Virus record (IMG/VR): IMGVR_UViG_3300014204_000120
Span: 64,001-128,000 of that record
Direction: 5' to 3' (one strand)
DNA length: 64,000 nucleotides
DNA from: a virus
Lineage: Duplodnaviria; Caudoviricetes
This document shows, piece after piece, positions 1-11,228 of the stretch (the stretch's first letter is position 1; the number at the start of each line of letters is the position of its first letter). The notes under the pieces were generated by a model. It saw nothing but the letters and a program-made list of their open reading frames with translations. It was not told where the DNA came from and made no database searches. Position numbers and translations under genes: made by a program.

Positions 1-756
1 AATGAAGCTATTAATAGACTTAAACATTCAATTAAGAGCATTATAAAACAAAATGTGAATGTGTGTGTTTGTAATACATCTAAGGATTGTATTTATAAAA
101 AAATCAAAGGATTAGGTAATATAAAATATCATCATGAACCTTTAGATTTGAAAATGTATTGTAAGCCAACAACTATTAATATTGGGGTTAAACAATTAAT
201 TAATTCAGATTATTTCTTTTTATCAGATATAGATTTATTTTATCATCCTGAATATGTGAATTGTATGGGTTTGTTTTGGATGAATAGATCTGTACCAGTT
301 AGAGTAGTTGGATATAATAATAATTTAGGACCTTCTTCATATCCTTTAAATATAGAAGACTGTAAAAAAATATTTTTAAATAGTAAAGATAATTTTCGTA
401 CTAAGGGAGGAATAGCACCGGGTAACGGATTGATACATAGAAAATCGTTTGATAAAATTTTAGGATTTGATGAAAGATATATAGGATATGGACCAGAAGA
501 TGCAGACTTTAATTATCGTATTACAAAGATATGTAATTATATATCAGTAGACTTAGAAGAGTTAAATACATACCATTTTTTTCATAAAAACTTAACAGTA
601 TCAACAATAGAACAAATTAATAATAGTATATTATATACTTATATAAAAGAAATCGACGCTGTAAAAAAATATGATATTATTAAATCAGGACAAATTATAA
701 TACCTAAAAAATTATTAGCAGTTAATGAAGATACAATAAAGGAAATAATGATATGA
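1..756 (+). CDS. Glycosyltransferase (GT2/GT7-like), 5'-truncated by window edge
   Basis: Frame open from position 1; SDID (DxD) and GFDERYIGYGPEDADF motif. Confidence 0.8.
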   Translation, partial: NEAINRLKHSIKSIIKQNVNVCVCNTSKDCIYKKIKGLGNIKYHHEPLDLKMYCKPTTINIGVKQLINSDYFFLSDIDLFYHPEYVNCMGLFWMNRSVPVRVVGYNNNLGPSSYPLNIEDCKKIFLNSKDNFRTKGGIAPGNGLIHRKSFDKILGFDERYIGYGPEDADFNYRITKICNYISVDLEELNTYHFFHKNLTVSTIEQINNSILYTYIKEIDAVKKYDIIKSGQIIIPKKLLAVNEDTIKEIMI

Positions 757-1586
757 AAAAAATTACGTTTATCATATTAAGTTATAATAGACCTTGCCAA
801 TTAGATGCAGCTATTAGTAGTATGAAAAAGTTTTTTATAAACTGGCAAAATCATAATATAGTTGTGTTGTATAGAAGTACTAATGATAAATTTAAACAAG
901 GATATGAATTAGTTAAACAGCGTCATAATGATTTAATATATGTAGAAGAAAATAATTTTAGAATTAATATGGATTTTATTTTAAATACATATAAAACAGA
1001 TTACTTAGCAATGATGTGTGACGATGATATTTGGAAAGAATCTTTTAATACTGAAGATCATGACTTTCAGTTTTTTGATTTAAATAAAGATAAAGGTATT
1101 TGTTGTTTTTCTTTACGAATGCATCCTAGAATAAGTAAGTGTTATACTGCTGGAAATATTGATACACATCCACCAAAACAATTCTTACATGAAAATCCTT
1201 ATGTTTGGCAATGGACTAATGAAGAACTTAAAGGAGATTGGAATTATCCTAATTCAGTAGATTGTCATATTTTTGTGTATGATGATATGTATAATTTATT
1301 AATGAGGCGAGATATAGTCAGTGTAAGTCATATTGAAGTTATTATATCTCAGTTAGCTCCTAGAAGTATGAAACCTTTTATGGCTTGTTCAAATAAATCA
1401 GCTATTTTTAATATTCCGTTAAATGCAGTTCAAGAAATATGTAGAAATATCAATATGGGTATAACAATTAATTATTTAAATGAAATGTATTTAGAAGGAT
1501 ATATATTAGATACAGATACATATATTGGGATTGATAATATATCTCCTCATCAAGATCTTCCAATTAGTTTAAAAAGGATAGTATGA
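753..1586 (+). CDS. Putative GT-A fold glycosyltransferase
   Basis: N-terminal ILSYNRPCQL, CDDD motif; glycan cluster context. Confidence 0.6.
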   Translation: MKKITFIILSYNRPCQLDAAISSMKKFFINWQNHNIVVLYRSTNDKFKQGYELVKQRHNDLIYVEENNFRINMDFILNTYKTDYLAMMCDDDIWKESFNTEDHDFQFFDLNKDKGICCFSLRMHPRISKCYTAGNIDTHPPKQFLHENPYVWQWTNEELKGDWNYPNSVDCHIFVYDDMYNLLMRRDIVSVSHIEVIISQLAPRSMKPFMACSNKSAIFNIPLNAVQEICRNINMGITINYLNEMYLEGYILDTDTYIGIDNISPHQDLPISLKRIV

Positions 1587-2317
1587 ATATTGGTATTATT
1601 GGAGCTAATGGATTTGTTGGTAAAGAACTATCAAATGTTTTATCAAAAGATTATGAAGTATATGATATTACAAAAGATAATCAATCATATTTTTATGATA
1701 TGACGTTTGACGTTCTTATTAATGCTAATGGAAATAGTAAAAAATATTGGGCAAATCAAAATCCAATAGAAGATTTTGAATTAAGTACCAAATCTGTATA
1801 TGAATCAATAATAAATTTTAAGTTTAAAAAATATATTTATATATCATCAGTAGATGCTGAATTTAGTAGTACTCCTTATGGATTAAATAAAAGATTATCA
1901 GAAACAATAGTTAAAAATATATCTGATAATAAAAGTTATTTAATATTAAGATGTAGTGTGATTATTGGTAAAGAAATGAAAAAGGGTATACTTTATGATA
2001 TTTTAAATGATAAAGATGTATTTATATCTTCAGATTCTAAGTTACAATTTATTACAAATACAGAAATAGCTAATATTATAAATAAATTATTACAATTAAA
2101 TATATCAAATGAATGTATAGATATAAGCGGTAAATCAAATATAAGTGTTAGTGATATAGGTTTAATGTTAAATAAAAAAATTAATTATAAAGATAAATTA
2201 GAGCTACAATATTATTGTAATTCAACTTATAATTTAGAATTTTATTATAATAATATGAAAACATCAAAAGAATATATTTTGGAGGTTGCTAATGAAAGAA
2301 TGGCAGGATCAGTTTAA
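1583..2317 (+). CDS. NAD-dependent epimerase/dehydratase
   Basis: GANGFVG Rossmann motif, YGLNK (YxxxK). Confidence 0.85.
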   Translation: MNIGIIGANGFVGKELSNVLSKDYEVYDITKDNQSYFYDMTFDVLINANGNSKKYWANQNPIEDFELSTKSVYESIINFKFKKYIYISSVDAEFSSTPYGLNKRLSETIVKNISDNKSYLILRCSVIIGKEMKKGILYDILNDKDVFISSDSKLQFITNTEIANIINKLLQLNISNECIDISGKSNISVSDIGLMLNKKINYKDKLELQYYCNSTYNLEFYYNNMKTSKEYILEVANERMAGSV

Positions 2318-3407
2318 TCCGTTTAATTCAATGAAAGCATTGTATCATAAAGATCACTTAGAAGCTTGCGCTAAAGGTGAATATTTAACTCCTGTATGTG
2401 TAAGTATTGATCCTACTAATAAATGTAACTTCGATTGTATTTTTTGTAATTCGTTTAAAGCTGTTAGTGGTGGTAATGATACTATGTCAGAAGAGCATAT
2501 GGTTAAACTAGCAGATTTTTTAGGAGAATGGGGATCCGATAAACCAGAAGGTCATATTAAAGCGGCGTATATTACTGGTGGCGGTGAGCCTTTAATGAAT
2601 CCTGGTACTATGGCTTTAATAGAACAACTCAAACATAATCAAATACAATCAGCTGTTATTACTAATGGTACTTATTTAACGGATGAAAAAATAGATATAA
2701 TAGTTAAAAATTGTAGATGGATCGGTTTTTCTGTAGATGCTGTAACTAACGAAACATATAATAAAATGAAAGGGTTGCCTAATAATTCTAAAGTATTTGA
2801 TTTAGTTATAAACAATATAAGGAAGATTGTAAAGAGATCTAATGAATTAAATACTGGTTGTGATGTGTGCTTTAAATTTCTTTTACATCCGGTTAATATG
2901 AGTGAAGTTTATGAAGCTGCTTGTTTAGCTAGATCTATTGGTGTAAAAGATTTTCATTTAAGACCTATTAGGTATATAAACTTTGATAAGATAGATGAAA
3001 AAACTATTAATTTTAAGGATAATATAGAGTATATTAATAAACAATTTGATGAAGTACAAACATTAAATACTAATAGTTTTCATGTATATGGTGTTCGTCA
3101 TAAATTTAATCCAGATCTATCTATTAAGAAAAACTTTAGTAAATGTAGAATAATACCAATCGAACCTACTTTTGGTGCTGATGGGAATGTTCATACATGT
3201 TTTGATCATCGTAGTCAAGAAAATATGATATTATGTTCACATTATCCTGATGTAACTGAAATAGCTAAAGTTTGGAATACACAAAAACATAAAGATATAG
3301 TAAATAATATTAACGTTGAACAATGTCCCTCGTGTACGCTGAGTAGTCTGAATGAGGCGATCGAAAAAGTAATACTTAAAGATAATATGTGTATTAATTT
3401 TTTATGA
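2292..3407 (+). CDS. Radical SAM/SPASM protein
   Basis: CNFDCIFC, GGGEP, C-terminal Cys cluster; ATG at 2292 follows GGAGG. Confidence 0.9.
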   Translation: MKEWQDQFNPFNSMKALYHKDHLEACAKGEYLTPVCVSIDPTNKCNFDCIFCNSFKAVSGGNDTMSEEHMVKLADFLGEWGSDKPEGHIKAAYITGGGEPLMNPGTMALIEQLKHNQIQSAVITNGTYLTDEKIDIIVKNCRWIGFSVDAVTNETYNKMKGLPNNSKVFDLVINNIRKIVKRSNELNTGCDVCFKFLLHPVNMSEVYEAACLARSIGVKDFHLRPIRYINFDKIDEKTINFKDNIEYINKQFDEVQTLNTNSFHVYGVRHKFNPDLSIKKNFSKCRIIPIEPTFGADGNVHTCFDHRSQENMILCSHYPDVTEIAKVWNTQKHKDIVNNINVEQCPSCTLSSLNEAIEKVILKDNMCINFL

Positions 3408-3985
3408 GTAATTTTGCTATAGTATCAGATAATTGTTTTGGAACGTTAGTATATAATATACATTTTAATTTACAGTATACATCACCGTTTATTAATATGT
3501 TTATTCATACTCCTCATTATATTAGATTATTAGAAAATTTTTTTGATTATATGAAAGAGGATTTAAAGTTTATTAAATTTGAAGAATCTGAATATGCTAA
3601 TGATCCTTTAAAAGTTTATATTGTTGGTAAATTAAAAGATGTTGAAATATGTTTTCCTCATCCTCATATATATGCTAATGAAGAGGATGTTTATAATAGT
3701 TGGAATCGAAGAAAGGAACGCTTGCCATTAGATGAAAAACAAATATTATTTAAATTAGGAAGTATCTATACATATAATTATGTAAACTATGATAATTTTG
3801 AAGATCTATTAAAAAGATTTTACAATTTGAATTTTACTAATAAGATTTCGTTTACTCGTAAAAAATATGATTATATTAATAATTATGAAATATTACCAGA
3901 ACATTTTTGTAGATGTGACTTAAAAGGTAAAGAGTATTATAAATATTTTAATTTAAATCAATTAATGGGATATGAGATATTATAA
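3404..3985 (+). CDS. DUF1919-like polysaccharide biosynthesis protein
   Basis: SDNCFG...LQYTSPF and WNRRKER motifs. Confidence 0.65.
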   Translation: MSNFAIVSDNCFGTLVYNIHFNLQYTSPFINMFIHTPHYIRLLENFFDYMKEDLKFIKFEESEYANDPLKVYIVGKLKDVEICFPHPHIYANEEDVYNSWNRRKERLPLDEKQILFKLGSIYTYNYVNYDNFEDLLKRFYNLNFTNKISFTRKKYDYINNYEILPEHFCRCDLKGKEYYKYFNLNQLMGYEIL

Positions 3986-4551
3986 TGAAATCTGATGAAC
4001 TTAATAAAAAAAGATTAGATTTTCCATTAATAGATACAAGTATTGTAGTTAATATAGGTGGATATCATGGAGACTGGGCATATGACTTGTATAATAAGTA
4101 TAAATGTGAAATGTATATATATGAACCAGTAAATTCATTTTATAAAATATTAACTAAAAAATTTAAAAAAGATATTAAAGTTCATATATTTAATTATGGT
4201 TTATTAGATGAAGATAAAGAAATGAATATAGGATTACGAGAAGACGGAACATCAATATATAATACTGTAAACGTTGAAAATGTAAAGTTTAAAAATATTA
4301 GTAATATTATAAATGATTTAAAAAATATAGATTTGATGGAAATTAATGCTGAAGGTTCTGAATATTTAATATTAGATAAGATAATAAAAGATAATTTAAT
4401 TGATAAAGTAAATTATTATTTAATACAATTTCATCATAATGTGGAAAATACTAAAGAAAAAATAGATAATATTAGAAAACATTTAGAAATGACACATACA
4501 TGTTTATGGAATGCAGATTTGGTTTTTGAATGTTGGAAAAGGATTAAATAA
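3985..4551 (+). CDS. FkbM-family methyltransferase
   Basis: NIGGYHG, YEP, INAEGSEY motifs. Confidence 0.8.
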   Translation: MKSDELNKKRLDFPLIDTSIVVNIGGYHGDWAYDLYNKYKCEMYIYEPVNSFYKILTKKFKKDIKVHIFNYGLLDEDKEMNIGLREDGTSIYNTVNVENVKFKNISNIINDLKNIDLMEINAEGSEYLILDKIIKDNLIDKVNYYLIQFHHNVENTKEKIDNIRKHLEMTHTCLWNADLVFECWKRIK

Positions 4552-4553
4552 AT

Positions 4554-5393
4554 ATGCTTGAATTGAGATTGATTGATCGAAGTTTTATTAATTGCGGGCC
4601 TAGTTGTGGTACTGGGAATACTGGTAAATCTCCTAAGAAAATTGTCTGGAATACTCAAAAATCAATAGTTAAAGATGATATTGTGGTTTTTACAGACTAT
4701 TGTTTACACGAAGCAGCTCAATATACTAGTTCTAATAAAATAGCTTTGATTTTAGAGCCACCTTCTGTTATACCCCATATCTACCAGTGGATCGAGCAAA
4801 ATCATCAAATGTTCAATACTGTTTTAACATTTGATAAAGAATTATTAGATATTTCAAGTAAATTTGTGTTTAGTCCTAATGCTACTGGGCATTGGTTAAA
4901 AGATAATGATATTAAAATTCATAATAAAAATAAGTTAATATCAATGTTCGCTTCAAACAAAAGAACTACAGACGGGCATCAAATGCGTCATAAGATAGCT
5001 TCTAAGTATAAAGATAGTATAGATGGTTTATTTGGTAGAGGTTCTTATGGGTTTTTAGATGATAAGGCAGATGGATTAAGAGATTATAAGTATCATATAA
5101 CGGTTGAGAATACTAAGAAAGACTATTATTTTAGTGAAAAGCTTATAGATGCATTTTTAACAGGATGTGTGCCAGTTTATTATGGTTGCCCTAGTATTGG
5201 AAATTATTTTGATACTAGAGGTATGTTAATATTCAATACTTTGGAAGAGTTTGATATGATTAAAAAGAATTATATAGATCAAAATTATTATGAAGTTGCT
5301 TTAGAATCCGGTTATATACAGGATAATTTTAATAGAGCTATGAAATATTTGTATCCTGAAGATTATATGTTTGATATATTATTTAAGGAGTAA
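4554..5393 (+). CDS. Glycosyltransferase family 10 (fucosyltransferase-like)
   Basis: ENTKKDYYFSEKLIDAFLTGCVPVYYG motif. Confidence 0.8.
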   Translation: MLELRLIDRSFINCGPSCGTGNTGKSPKKIVWNTQKSIVKDDIVVFTDYCLHEAAQYTSSNKIALILEPPSVIPHIYQWIEQNHQMFNTVLTFDKELLDISSKFVFSPNATGHWLKDNDIKIHNKNKLISMFASNKRTTDGHQMRHKIASKYKDSIDGLFGRGSYGFLDDKADGLRDYKYHITVENTKKDYYFSEKLIDAFLTGCVPVYYGCPSIGNYFDTRGMLIFNTLEEFDMIKKNYIDQNYYEVALESGYIQDNFNRAMKYLYPEDYMFDILFKE

Positions 5394-5397
5394 TTCT

Positions 5398-5943
5398 ATG
5401 GAAAAAGTATTTATTGATGGCGGGGCGCATTCTGGTGAGACTATTAAAGATTTATTAGATAAACGAAATGATATGTTAGGTAGTACTATTTATTTTTTTG
5501 AACCTAATAGAAGCTATGCAAATATACTATATAAAATTAAAGAATCTAATAAAAACTATAATATTGAAGTTATTATGAAAGCTTTATGGATTAAAAATGA
5601 AATATTAGATTTTTATACAATGACTAATGTTCATTTTGGTGATTTAGGTAATACGTTACTTAAAGAAAATAGATTGGAATTAGATAGAGAACATCCTAAT
5701 AAAGTTGAATGTATTAGTTTAAGTGATTTTATTATTGGGTTAAAAGATAAGTATATTGTTTTAAAATTAGATATTGAAGGTGCAGAATTTAAAGTAGTTC
5801 CTGATTTAATTGAGACTGGAGCTATTACTTTTGTTAAAGAACTATATATTGAATGGCATGATAGATTATATCTTAAAGAGAATTCACAACCATTAAAAGA
5901 TAGATTAACTAAAACTAATATTGTTTTACATTCTTGGGATTAA
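5398..5943 (+). CDS. FkbM-family methyltransferase
   Basis: DGGAHSG, FEPN, KLDIEGAE, EWH; start moved to ATG after AAGGAG. Confidence 0.85.
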   Translation: MEKVFIDGGAHSGETIKDLLDKRNDMLGSTIYFFEPNRSYANILYKIKESNKNYNIEVIMKALWIKNEILDFYTMTNVHFGDLGNTLLKENRLELDREHPNKVECISLSDFIIGLKDKYIVLKLDIEGAEFKVVPDLIETGAITFVKELYIEWHDRLYLKENSQPLKDRLTKTNIVLHSWD

Positions 5944-5949
5944 AAATAT

Positions 5950-5978
5950 TTGTGTAATGTAAAAGAAAATGTTATATT
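5950..5978 (+). promoter_or_regulatory. Possible sigma70-type promoter TTGTGT-17-TATATT with extended -10 TG
   Basis: In intergenic gap; same -10 hexamer and spacing as other promoters in window. Confidence 0.45.
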
Positions 5979-5994
5979 TGAAAGGTGAATTATT

Positions 5995-6726
5995 ATGAAA
6001 ACTTGTGTGTTTATGCGTTGGTATAATGAAAATGTATTTGATGAAATTAAGAAGATTAAAAATGAATCTGGTTATGACGTGTATTTAAGTTTGGACTATA
6101 AATTAGGAAGTATATTAAATATAACTGATATATGTCCAATTCATTACTATAATGAAGATGATTTTAATAAATCTAAAATGTTATCGTGGGCTAAGATTTG
6201 TAATAAACCCGGTTCAATGTTTAGATTTAATCCGGAAGTTTCTTTAATTGATTTTAAGAATAAGATAAATTATGATTATTACTGGTTAATTGAAGGTGAT
6301 GTTAAATTGGCAGGTGATTATAATGAGTTTTTTGAAGAGTATAAAAGTGATAGTCATGATTTACTAGCTTATAATATTATGTGCGATCAAAATATAGACC
6401 AGAAGTATTTAACTAGTGCGGATTATGATTACTTGAAAAATGCAGAACAATTTGATAATACAAATTTGTATCAATATATTAATGTTAGATTTAAATCATT
6501 TATGGTAGTATCTAGATTTTCAAAAAAATTATTGGATGCGTTGGAAGATAGTTTTAAGAAAGGGATATTGGGAACTAATGAAAATATAGTTGCAAATGTT
6601 TGCTATTATAACAATATGACTATGCGTTCATTTAATAATAGTTATTTTAAGGAAGAAAACTACTCCGATACACCAAAAGTATTTAATCCTAATGCTCATT
6701 CATTTTTTCATTCTATTAAACGTTAA
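5995..6726 (+). CDS. Putative glycosyltransferase-like protein (DUF3405-like)
   Basis: YDYYWLIEGDV motif; cluster context. Confidence 0.5.
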   Translation: MKTCVFMRWYNENVFDEIKKIKNESGYDVYLSLDYKLGSILNITDICPIHYYNEDDFNKSKMLSWAKICNKPGSMFRFNPEVSLIDFKNKINYDYYWLIEGDVKLAGDYNEFFEEYKSDSHDLLAYNIMCDQNIDQKYLTSADYDYLKNAEQFDNTNLYQYINVRFKSFMVVSRFSKKLLDALEDSFKKGILGTNENIVANVCYYNNMTMRSFNNSYFKEENYSDTPKVFNPNAHSFFHSIKR

Positions 6727-7559
6727 TGAAAACAAAAATATTAATTACTGGAGCTAATGGATTTATTGGATGTCATTTAAAAGAATGGTTATCAGTTACT
6801 AGATATAAGATTTATACAATTAGTCGAGATGATGGAGATATATCTGATGAAAAATATGTTAAATCGTTATATTCAATTAAACCTAATATTATAATACACT
6901 TAGCGTTTGATATATCTAGAGAAGATAGTTATGAAGTATATTTAAGACAATTAAATAATAATATCAAATCTATGTTGTTAATAGCTGAATTAGCTAAGAA
7001 GTGTAAAGCTAAATTAATTATTCCTTCAACTGTTTCACTATATGCTAATAACAATAAGAAGTTTATTGAAAGTAATAGTATAGATCCGAGAAATGTTTAT
7101 AGTTTATCTAAGTATGTATGTGAACAAATAACTAAGATATATGATTTAGATTATTTAATATTACGGATTGGAATACTATATGGGAAGAATCAAAGTGGTA
7201 ATATGCTTATACCTAATATAATTAACCATATAAAAGAAAATAAAACTATTGAGATATATGGTGGAGATCAAACTAGAGATTTTTTGTATATAGATGATTT
7301 TTGTGAATTGATTTTTATAAGTATTGTTAAAGATATATCTGGTATATATAATGTTGGTTATGGGAAAAGTTATTCTATTAAACAAGTTATTCAGTTTATT
7401 GAAATGCTTATGGGCAAAAAATGTTTAGTTAAGTATAAAAAAATCAAGGATAATGAAATATTAAACTATAGTATTAATAATAAAATTGCTAAAAAAATAT
7501 TTAATTGGAATCCACAATACTCTTTAATTGAAGGGTTGAAAAAGACAATATGCGATTAA
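6726..7559 (+). CDS. NAD-dependent epimerase/dehydratase
   Basis: GANGFIG, YSLSK, RDFLYIDD. Confidence 0.9.
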   Translation: MKTKILITGANGFIGCHLKEWLSVTRYKIYTISRDDGDISDEKYVKSLYSIKPNIIIHLAFDISREDSYEVYLRQLNNNIKSMLLIAELAKKCKAKLIIPSTVSLYANNNKKFIESNSIDPRNVYSLSKYVCEQITKIYDLDYLILRIGILYGKNQSGNMLIPNIINHIKENKTIEIYGGDQTRDFLYIDDFCELIFISIVKDISGIYNVGYGKSYSIKQVIQFIEMLMGKKCLVKYKKIKDNEILNYSINNKIAKKIFNWNPQYSLIEGLKKTICD

Positions 7560-8311
7560 ATTTGAATAATATTATTAATCGTCATAAAAATATACCTGCG
7601 TTAGTTATAGCACACGGTCCATCATTAAATGAATATTTACCTATATTAGATCAATTGAAACAAAAAGGTATTATTTTAATTGATTGTAACGAATTTTATG
7701 ATTTTCATAAAGTTAATCCGACATATTGGTGTTTTGCAAGTAGTGTGTTAAGAATAGATAATCAAATTAATTATATTAATAAAACTGATAGTGTTATAGT
7801 TTATGCGAATTCTGTGGATTTTACAAACAAAAATTGGATTGAACAGAATATAAAAACAGATATTATAGCATATGATCAGAGGCATTTTCAATATAAAACG
7901 TGTAATGAGTTAATGCAAAGTTCTTTAAAAAATTATGGAGGTTATAGTTGGAATGGATTATGTTGTAATAATATTGATAGAACAAGACTAACTATTCAAG
8001 AAGAATTACAAAAGATGACAATGTATAGTAAACATTATAAAACTGGAGATTCAATAGCAGTTCATGAATTAGCGTTGGCAGTTTTGTTAGGATGTAATCC
8101 TGTTTATTTTATTGGAATTGATTTAGATTATCGATTAGGATATGCTAATAATATAAAATATAATGTTCCTATGGATGGTTTATCTGAAAATTATGATCGA
8201 ATTGTAGAAGATATGGAAATAATTCGAGATTCTGCTAAAGTAATTGGGATTGAATTAATAAACTTAAATAATTTAAGTTATCTACCATTTAACAAAGGAA
8301 AGATTGAATGA
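7550..8311 (+). CDS. Maf/DUF115 (MptE-like) protein, candidate nonulosonate transferase
   Basis: ALVIAHGPSL and LGCNPVYFIGIDL motifs; adjacent to CMP-sugar synthetase. Confidence 0.7.
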   Translation: MRLNLNNIINRHKNIPALVIAHGPSLNEYLPILDQLKQKGIILIDCNEFYDFHKVNPTYWCFASSVLRIDNQINYINKTDSVIVYANSVDFTNKNWIEQNIKTDIIAYDQRHFQYKTCNELMQSSLKNYGGYSWNGLCCNNIDRTRLTIQEELQKMTMYSKHYKTGDSIAVHELALAVLLGCNPVYFIGIDLDYRLGYANNIKYNVPMDGLSENYDRIVEDMEIIRDSAKVIGIELINLNNLSYLPFNKGKIE

Positions 8312-8991
8312 ACTATTTTATTATTCCTGCTAGAAGTGGTTCAAAAGGAGTTCCTAATAAAAATGTAATATTATTAAATGGAATTCATTTACTTGGATAT
8401 TCTATTAAAACTGCTAGTGCGTCTAGACATACTAATCAGATTATATTATCTACTGATAGTGATGAGTATATTGAGATAGCTAAAATATATGGAAATGTTA
8501 TAAGTATAAAAAGAAATAAATTAACATCTAATGATAAAGCGAAAGATATAGATTATATGCTTCATACTATTTTTCAATTAGAATTAGATGAATTTGATAA
8601 TTTAATTATTTTGCGTCCTACTTCACCAATTCGTAAAATTGAAGTAGTTGATAAAGCAATTGAAATATTTAATACAATAAGTTATGATTTTGATGCATTG
8701 AGATCAATGCATGTATTACCAGAAGCACCAGAAAAAATGTTTAGATTAAATAGCGATAATTCCGTTAAACCATTGTTTGGCGATGACATCGATATAACAA
8801 ATCAACCTAGACAAATGTTTGAAGAATCTTATCATCCAAATGGATATGTTGATATTGTCTCTGTTAGGTCTATTATGCAAACTAAAAAATCTTTTGGAAA
8901 TAAAATATATGGATATATTACTGAAAGAATTTATGAAATTGATACTGTAGAAGATATAGATTTTCTTAATATTAAAATGAAAGGAATATAA
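8308..8991 (+). CDS. neuA: Acylneuraminate cytidylyltransferase (CMP-nonulosonate synthetase)
   Basis: IPARSGSKGVPNKN, LRPTSP, EIDTVED. Confidence 0.9.
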   Translation: MNYFIIPARSGSKGVPNKNVILLNGIHLLGYSIKTASASRHTNQIILSTDSDEYIEIAKIYGNVISIKRNKLTSNDKAKDIDYMLHTIFQLELDEFDNLIILRPTSPIRKIEVVDKAIEIFNTISYDFDALRSMHVLPEAPEKMFRLNSDNSVKPLFGDDIDITNQPRQMFEESYHPNGYVDIVSVRSIMQTKKSFGNKIYGYITERIYEIDTVEDIDFLNIKMKGI

Positions 8992-8995
8992 TTAA

Positions 8996-10216
8996 ATGAA
9001 AACTAAAGAAATTATTGAAACTATTAGTAATTTAGAACCTAGATCTATGAGAAGTTATTATGATATTGTTTGGAAAAAAACTAATAATGATATTTTATAC
9101 GATACTGATGGAAAAAAGTATATTGATTTTACATCTACTATCTTTGTACAAAATGTAGGACATTCTAATCCAAAAGTTATTAATGCTATTAAAAAAGCGG
9201 CTACAAAACAATTAACTCATACTTATACTTATTATCATGAAGGAAGAGCAAAAATATTACAAAAATTAATTAATATGAGTCAACCATATGGAGAAAAAGC
9301 ATTTCTTTTATCGTCAGGTACTGAGGCAACAGAAGCAGCTGTAAAAATGGCGCGGTGGTATGGTGGAGTTAATAAACCTATAGTTTTATCATTTATAGGA
9401 GCAATGCATGGTAGAACTATGGCAGCTGAATTAATGAAGGGAACAAATACGTATCCTCGTCATAAACATTTTTGGCATTTACCATTTCCAAATGATCAAA
9501 ATAATTTTGAATCTGATTTAAAAGATATTGGAGTTAATACAAAAAAAATTTGTGGAATTATTATAGAAAGTTATCAAGGATGGTCTGCAAGATTATTACC
9601 AAAACAGTATGTTCAGGATTTATGTAATTGGGCAAAAGAAAATGATGTATTGGTATGCTTTGATGAAATTCAAGCAGGATTAGGAAGAACAGGTAAATTA
9701 TTTACATTTCAACATTATGATGTTGATCCTGATTTATTTTGTTTGGGTAAAGGATTAGGTGGTGGACTGCCATTGTCTGCTGTTATTGGCAAATCTAAAA
9801 TATTGAATATACCGGATATAGGAGATATGAGTAGTACACATTCAGCAAATCCTATTTGTTGTGCATCTGGTTTAGCAGTATTAAATGAATTAGATAGAAT
9901 AATCAAATCAAATAAATTTAGACAAAATATTAATTGTTTTGAAACATATATTGAAAATATTAAATGTAGACATAATTTTTCATCGATTTTATTAGAAGTT
10001 AATTATTGTGGAATGGTAGCAGGGTTTGTATTTAAAAATAAAACAATTGCTGATAATGTTTGTGATATTTGTGTTAAGAAAGGATTATTGCCGGTTCATA
10101 CAGGAAGGGAATCAGTAAAGATAGGACCTCCGTTAACTATTACACAAGATCATTTAACTAAAGGTCTTATGATTTTTGATAATGCAATTGCTGATGTTTG
10201 GAGAAATAATATATGA
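8996..10216 (+). CDS. Class III PLP-dependent aminotransferase
   Basis: SGTEATEAA, DEIQAGLGRTG, GKGLGGG. Confidence 0.9.
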   Translation: MKTKEIIETISNLEPRSMRSYYDIVWKKTNNDILYDTDGKKYIDFTSTIFVQNVGHSNPKVINAIKKAATKQLTHTYTYYHEGRAKILQKLINMSQPYGEKAFLLSSGTEATEAAVKMARWYGGVNKPIVLSFIGAMHGRTMAAELMKGTNTYPRHKHFWHLPFPNDQNNFESDLKDIGVNTKKICGIIIESYQGWSARLLPKQYVQDLCNWAKENDVLVCFDEIQAGLGRTGKLFTFQHYDVDPDLFCLGKGLGGGLPLSAVIGKSKILNIPDIGDMSSTHSANPICCASGLAVLNELDRIIKSNKFRQNINCFETYIENIKCRHNFSSILLEVNYCGMVAGFVFKNKTIADNVCDICVKKGLLPVHTGRESVKIGPPLTITQDHLTKGLMIFDNAIADVWRNNI

Positions 10217-10860
10217 ATTATGTTGAAATAACTTATAAAAATCATGATTATACATCTTATCCATATAAGTTAATAGATTATTTATTTAAGAGATATCATT
10301 TAAAAGAAGGTCATAATTTATTAGATATAGGGTGCGGTAGAGGAGAATTTTCAAAAGCTTTTCAAACAAAACAATTGAAAGTTACTTCTATTGATAGAAT
10401 TTATAATGAAGATTATCATAAAGATTTAAATTTTTACAAATTTGATTTAGAGAAGCCAATAAAGATAAAATCGACTTTTGATATTATATTTTGTAAATCT
10501 GTTTTAGAACATATAGTAAATCAAGAAATATTTATGAATTCAATTAAAAATTTAATGAGTAAAAATGGATTAATTATAATGTTAGTTCCTGATTGGGATA
10601 ATCAAAAAAATATTTTTTATGATGATCCTACTCATATACATCCTTATAATCAAAAATCCATGAAGGATTTATTAGAAATATATGGATTTAAAAATGTTCA
10701 ATCCGAAAAGTTTTATCAATTACCGTTAGTTTGGAAATATTATATGTTTAAAATACTATGTAAGTCTATAGGATTAATTTTAAAACCAGAGCATTATTTA
10801 AAAAATAAAACCTTACATTGGGCAGTTGAAAATATGATACTAGCAACTGGGAGAAAGTAA
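10213..10860 (+). CDS. Class I SAM-dependent methyltransferase
   Basis: LDIGCGRG, SVLEH, DDPTH. Confidence 0.85.
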   Translation: MNYVEITYKNHDYTSYPYKLIDYLFKRYHLKEGHNLLDIGCGRGEFSKAFQTKQLKVTSIDRIYNEDYHKDLNFYKFDLEKPIKIKSTFDIIFCKSVLEHIVNQEIFMNSIKNLMSKNGLIIMLVPDWDNQKNIFYDDPTHIHPYNQKSMKDLLEIYGFKNVQSEKFYQLPLVWKYYMFKILCKSIGLILKPEHYLKNKTLHWAVENMILATGRK

Positions 10861-10862
10861 GT

Positions 10863-11228
10863 ATGAATGTTAGACATTGTGGAATGTTTGTAAAAGATTT
10901 AATAAAATCAGTTAATTTTTATAAACAATTAGGATTTGTTGAATATTATAATAATATTGAAAAATGGAATTATTTTGGAGAATTGAAAATATCGAAACTT
11001 AAATCAGAAAATGGATTTAATATTGAATTAATTGAATCTGATAAAGTAAATGAATTAAACGATAAACATCATATTGCATTAGAAGTTGAAAATGTAGATG
11101 ATATTTATAATAAATTAAAAGATAATTTTAATTTTATTATAACACCAACAATCTCGCCAGATGGATCAGCAAAGGTTGCTTTTTTTAAAGGATATGAAAA
11201 TTATATTGAATTGGTTGAAATATTATGA
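10863..11228 (+). CDS. VOC/glyoxalase family protein
   Basis: HCGMFVKDL...FY, IELIE, HHIALEV, IELVE. Confidence 0.85.
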   Translation: MNVRHCGMFVKDLIKSVNFYKQLGFVEYYNNIEKWNYFGELKISKLKSENGFNIELIESDKVNELNDKHHIALEVENVDDIYNKLKDNFNFIITPTISPDGSAKVAFFKGYENYIELVEIL